In this document: piece by piece, positions 35,927-40,000 of the stretch | Position numbering within the stretch: position 1 is the stretch's first letter | Layout of the letters: every line of letters begins with the position of its first letter | The notes under the pieces: model-generated | Seen by the model: the letters and a program-made list of their open reading frames with translations, nothing else | Told to the model about the DNA's origin: nothing | Databases searched by the model: none | Sequence record: MF042360.1 | DNA: 40,000 nt | Direction: 5' to 3' (one strand) | DNA from: Pseudomonas phage Phabio | Translations under genes and position numbers: made by a program

Positions 35927-36117
35927 TGAGTATCGACGTATTTGAATTAACTGCAAAAGCTTCCCGTTTGTCTATGTCGAAACCGAACCAATCGTCTACT
36001 TTTAATAAGGAACGTCATGAAGAAGCAATGAAGGTTGCAGCAGCTCCACGTGATCCGAAGTACTGGTACCAGGCAAATGAAATCTCGAAGAACATTATTA
36101 GTGAAGTAGGTGTGTGA
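35926..36117 (+). CDS. small hypothetical protein (63 aa)
   Basis: Stop directly abuts the RNAP beta gene start. Confidence 0.75.
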   Translation: MSIDVFELTAKASRLSMSKPNQSSTFNKERHEEAMKVAAAPRDPKYWYQANEISKNIISEVGV

Positions 36118-38307
36118 ATGTCGGTGATTGATGAAGTTAACCATGTAGATTACGGTGTCAAAAACCACGGTGATTATATCGGGGGTGGTAATAACTTCGG
36201 TAGTAAACCAATCCGTAACTTGAAAATGCGCTACATTGGGCATGCTGCGCTTGATCCGTATTATGGTGTTACCTCTGCTGCTCGGGGTGCAATGTTCCTG
36301 ACTCACATTGGTCAGGCTCCGGTAATCGAAGGTAACGAACCACGTCGTGTAATGACTGGCGTGGAAATGAACTTTGCTGAAACGTCTTTCGATATTCGTC
36401 TACCGAAAGATTGCACTATCCTTAACGTTGTTCGAAAGTATCCTACTGGTCATGGTTTGGATTCTATTCAACACAACCCGGTTACTACAATCATCTACGA
36501 GGAATTCTACGACGAGTTCAAAAGGATTGGTGTACTGCATGTTCCTGAATATGTTGCAGACTATCACCAGACCTTTGGCTTTAAACTAGAAAAGGATAAA
36601 GCTGTATGGGATCGCATTCGTCCTGACGAGATGCTTCCAAAAGATACAGTACTTGCACGTTCCACAACCATTAAGAAAGATGGTCTGTTGGGCATGGGTG
36701 TAAACCTTAACGCTGCATTCTATTCTGGCCCAGGTACTATTGAAGACGGGTTCATCATCAGTGAGGAATGTCTTGACCTATTGTCTCCACGTGCTTATAC
36801 CACAGCTACAGGTGGATGTGGACGTAAGTCTTACTTCCTCAACATGTATGGCGATGACAAGATCTATAAACCATTCCCGGATATTGGCGAACGTATCCGA
36901 GATGATGGTGTAATCTTTGCGGTACGTGATCATGATGATGATCTGTCTCCAGCAGAAATGACTCCTCGTGCTTTGCGTGAACTTGATCGTACCTTTGACC
37001 GGGCAGTTATTGGCGATCCTGGTAGTCTTGTAAAAGACATCAAGGTCTATATGGACGAACGTCAGAATCCTTCTTATATCCCGATGGGTATGGATGGACA
37101 ACTGCGTAAGTATTACGATGCGTTGAGTAACTATTATCGTGAGATCATTCGGATCTATCGGACATTGCAAGGTCGTCGTAAAGATCGTCTGCGCATTACC
37201 GAAGAATTGAGTTCTCTGATTGTAGAGGCGATGATCTATCTGCCACAAACAGGTGACCAGCGTAAACTGACGCGGACCTATCGTCTGGATACTTTGGATG
37301 AATGCCGTGTTGAGATCACTTATGAAACCATCAAACGTCCAGGGGGTGCATTTAAGCTAACCGACTTCCACGGTGGTAAAGGTGTAATCTGTAAAGTAAT
37401 GCCTCGTGCATTGATGCCACGTGATAAATGGGGTAACATCTGTGACGTAGGTATCTTCGGTGGTTCGACTATGCGTCGATCTAACTATGGTCGAATCTAT
37501 GAACATGGTTTCGGTGCAGCCTCTCGTGATCTGTCTCAACGTCTGCGTATTGAAGCTGGTTTGGATCGTCATGCTAAGTTGACTGTGAATGAAGTTAAAG
37601 CTTCTCCACAACTGCAAGACAACGCTTGGGTCGAATACGCGTTTGCTGAACTTCAAGACTTCTATGCGTTGATCACTGTTGACATGCATGAGATCTTGAA
37701 GACTCACCCTGACAAGAGACAGTATGTTGCTCAGGTTATGGCAGACGGTTTCAGCTACATCTATAGTCCAATTGAAGATCAGGTGCATTTGCCAAAAGCA
37801 ATGACCGCATTGATTAACAGTCGTTTCTGTCCAAACTACGATAAGGTGACCTATACTGACCAAGCGGGTAACTTCCGTGAAACCAAAGATAAGATCCTGA
37901 TTGGCCCACTGTACATGATGCTGTTGGAAAAGATCGGTGATGACTGGTCCTCCGTAGCTTCTGTTAAAGTACAACAGTTTGGCTTGCCGTCTAAGTTGAA
38001 CAACAGTGATCGTAGTTCTACACCTGGTCGTGAAACAGCAATCCGTTCTTTCGGCGAATCTGAAACACGTTCTTATAACTGTACGGTAGGTCCAGTACCA
38101 ACGCTAGAACTCTTGGACCAAACTAACAACCCGCAGTCTCACAAGTCGGTAATTGAATCGCTGTTGACGAGTGAGTATAGTAGTAACATTGAACGTGCAG
38201 TAAACCGTGAAGAGATTCCTTATGGTAATAGCCGTCCAGTGAACCTATTGGATCACTTGCTGGAATGCGCGGATATCCGTTTGGTGTATGCTGAAAGTCG
38301 TAATTGA
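36118..38307 (+). CDS. RNA polymerase beta subunit, C-terminal part (phiKZ gp71-73-like), 729 aa
   Basis: FHGGKGVICKVMPRALMPRD (cf. RHGNKGVIS), GSTMRRSNYGRIYEHGFG, and immediate coupling to a beta'-C gene. Confidence 0.85.
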   Translation: MSVIDEVNHVDYGVKNHGDYIGGGNNFGSKPIRNLKMRYIGHAALDPYYGVTSAARGAMFLTHIGQAPVIEGNEPRRVMTGVEMNFAETSFDIRLPKDCTILNVVRKYPTGHGLDSIQHNPVTTIIYEEFYDEFKRIGVLHVPEYVADYHQTFGFKLEKDKAVWDRIRPDEMLPKDTVLARSTTIKKDGLLGMGVNLNAAFYSGPGTIEDGFIISEECLDLLSPRAYTTATGGCGRKSYFLNMYGDDKIYKPFPDIGERIRDDGVIFAVRDHDDDLSPAEMTPRALRELDRTFDRAVIGDPGSLVKDIKVYMDERQNPSYIPMGMDGQLRKYYDALSNYYREIIRIYRTLQGRRKDRLRITEELSSLIVEAMIYLPQTGDQRKLTRTYRLDTLDECRVEITYETIKRPGGAFKLTDFHGGKGVICKVMPRALMPRDKWGNICDVGIFGGSTMRRSNYGRIYEHGFGAASRDLSQRLRIEAGLDRHAKLTVNEVKASPQLQDNAWVEYAFAELQDFYALITVDMHEILKTHPDKRQYVAQVMADGFSYIYSPIEDQVHLPKAMTALINSRFCPNYDKVTYTDQAGNFRETKDKILIGPLYMMLLEKIGDDWSSVASVKVQQFGLPSKLNNSDRSSTPGRETAIRSFGESETRSYNCTVGPVPTLELLDQTNNPQSHKSVIESLLTSEYSSNIERAVNREEIPYGNSRPVNLLDHLLECADIRLVYAESRN

Positions 38308-38319
38308 TAGGTGTAGATA

Positions 38320-40000
38320 ATGAACCAACCTCGTAAACTGAATGTGTACAAAGCGCGTGACTTGTTGAACATGACTTCGGATGAGCTTTGTGCTCTTCCG
38401 GATGAATGGCATAAGATCGAGTTTGATGATGGTGAGTTGATTACAATCGATCGTCAAACCAAAGTGTCGGTGTTGTTGTGGGGACCACTCAAGTCGTTCC
38501 CTGACGCACCTATCCTTAAATCGTTTCACTTGGATAAGACTCGGATTACTTCCAAGTCGTTGGTTAAACTGCTCAACGGTATTATCTGGTCGATCTATGA
38601 TTGGGGTAAAGGTTCTATTACCCCAGACACCATTGCACGGTTGGCGATTGAAGCTAAGTCGAAGTTCTATAATGAAGCAACAACTAAGTTCAGTGCGTAT
38701 GTTTCCACACTGAGTATGTTTGAGATCGCAGAGGTTTATAACCATCCTGAGATCCGTGCTGCTAACGAGAACTTCGAACCAACTACGTATGGTATCGAGA
38801 AGGTTGCTTATGAACGGATTAAAGCTGTTATGTTTAATCCGGATAACTTCAAAGGCAATAGTATCATTGAAGGTCTGAAGTCGGGTACTCAAAAGACTGA
38901 ACAGCTGTTGCAAGCATTTGGTCCACGAGGATTCCCAACTGACATTAACTCTGACATCTTTCCGCATCCTGTAACGACGGGTTACATTGAGGGTGTATGG
39001 GATCACTATGAGAACATGGTTGAATCTCGTTCGGGTACTAAAGCTTCTCTTTATAACAAAGAGTTGTTGCGGGTAACTGAATACTTTAACCGGAAGTCTC
39101 AGCTGATCGCTCAGTATGTAATGCGTTTGCATCGTACTGACTGTGGTGCTGACTATGTTCGATTCCCTGTGCTTAAGGTTTTCCTTAAGCAGATGAACGG
39201 GAAGTTCTGGTTCAACGAAGAAACTGGTAAAGAAGAAATCCTGACTGGTAAAGAAGAGCACTTGATCGGTAAGAAGATCCTGATGCGTTCTGTACTGGGT
39301 TGTGTCCATAAGGACTCTCAGGGGATCTGTGCGAAGTGTTATGGTCTGCTTGCGGATAACATCCCACTGGGTTCTAACATCGGTCAGATCGCAGCTGTAT
39401 CCATGGGCGACAAGATTACCTCTGCGGTATTGTCGACTAAGCATACTGACGCAACTTCTGCGGTAGAACAATATCAGATTGCGGGTATTGAAGCTAACTA
39501 TCTAAAAGAGGGTAAGCTATCGGAAACACTCTATCTACGGAAAGAGCTTGATGGGAAAGGTTATCGATTGTTGATCAGTAGTAACGAAGCCACTAACCTG
39601 GCTGACATTCTAATGATTGATAACTTGACAGCTTATCCGGCAACTCAAGCTTCTGAGCTTAATCGGATTGGTTTGGTTCGTGATGTCAATGATGAGGTTG
39701 TAGGGGATATCTTGACGGTGAGTTTGTATAACCGTCGGGCTAGTCTGAGTACAGCTATGTTGGAACATGCCAAACTGGTAGGATGGACTCCGGACAACCG
39801 AGGGAATATCGTAATCGAGCTGGAAGGTTTTGACTTCACTCAACCGTTCCTGACTCTGCCATATAAGCACGTTAACATGTACGAAGTAATGAAGCGAATC
39901 CAAAGCTTCCTGCACTCCGGTAGTGATAACGAAGGTTCCAAACTGTCTTCAGATAAGGTAGGTTTTACTAGCAAGACTTATCTTAAGAACTACACAGACG
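38320..40000 (+). CDS. RNA polymerase beta' subunit, C-terminal part (phiKZ gp74-like), truncated by window end
   Basis: Manual translation from ATG 38320 is open to 40000; contains MRSVLGCVHKDSQGICAKCYGLLADNIPLGSNIGQIAAVSMGDKITSAVLSTKHT (cf. beta' GVCAxCYG...[25 protein letters not shown]). Confidence 0.88.
   Translation, partial: MNQPRKLNVYKARDLLNMTSDELCALPDEWHKIEFDDGELITIDRQTKVSVLLWGPLKSFPDAPILKSFHLDKTRITSKSLVKLLNGIIWSIYDWGKGSITPDTIARLAIEAKSKFYNEATTKFSAYVSTLSMFEIAEVYNHPEIRAANENFEPTTYGIEKVAYERIKAVMFNPDNFKGNSIIEGLKSGTQKTEQLLQAFGPRGFPTDINSDIFPHPVTTGYIEGVWDHYENMVESRSGTKASLYNKELLRVTEYFNRKSQLIAQYVMRLHRTDCGADYVRFPVLKVFLKQMNGKFWFNEETGKEEILTGKEEHLIGKKILMRSVLGCVHKDSQGICAKCYGLLADNIPLGSNIGQIAAVSMGDKITSAVLSTKHTDATSAVEQYQIAGIEANYLKEGKLSETLYLRKELDGKGYRLLISSNEATNLADILMIDNLTAYPATQASELNRIGLVRDVNDEVVGDILTVSLYNRRASLSTAMLEHAKLVGWTPDNRGNIVIELEGFDFTQPFLTLPYKHVNMYEVMKRIQSFLHSGSDNEGSKLSSDKVGFTSKTYLKNYTD

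Noticed and set aside
38245-39471. 408-aa minus-strand ORF
   Set aside because: Antisense of the plus-strand RNAP beta' C-terminal gene, which has clear motifs.
1-40000. Anti-phage defence island, retron, CRISPR or transposon
   Set aside because: No reverse transcriptase, Cas, transposase or integrase motifs were recognised; the gene content and layout are consistent with a jumbo phage core genome.

Overview
The window looks like part of a nucleus-forming, phiKZ-like jumbo phage genome. It is densely packed, mostly plus-strand, with small ORFs organised in operons that end in TTCG-loop hairpin terminators. Recognisable genes, from sequence motifs plus phiKZ-type gene order, are: the catalytic C-terminal part of a very divergent family B DNA polymerase (6950-9100); a probable chimallin/phage-nucleus shell protein (15473-17359); an RNA polymerase beta' N-terminal-type subunit with NADFDGDQ (17994-19457); an SbcD/Mre11-like nuclease (27373-28521); a glycine-rich, acidic-tailed ssDNA-binding-like protein (29428-30177); a possible phiKZ gp68-like fifth RNAP subunit (30298-31875, by position and size only); an RNAP beta C-terminal subunit (36118-38307); and an RNAP beta' C-terminal subunit (38320 to beyond 40000, missing from the ORF track because it has no stop in the window). 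Five plus-strand copies of a TATATTAC-type early promoter motif were found. The most interesting unexplained signals are: (1) a ~265-nt multi-hairpin intergenic region right after the putative chimallin gene, a candidate structured ncRNA; (2) an FG-rich, nucleoporin-like C-terminal tail in the 444-aa protein at 33552-34886, with short motifs (NSLF, TFGQQG) shared with the chimallin candidate and a neighbouring protein; (3) three isolated minus-strand genes, each inserted between a terminator and a plus-strand early promoter; and (4) tandem families of small paralogous proteins. No tRNA, CRISPR array or mobile element was recognised. No database searches were run.
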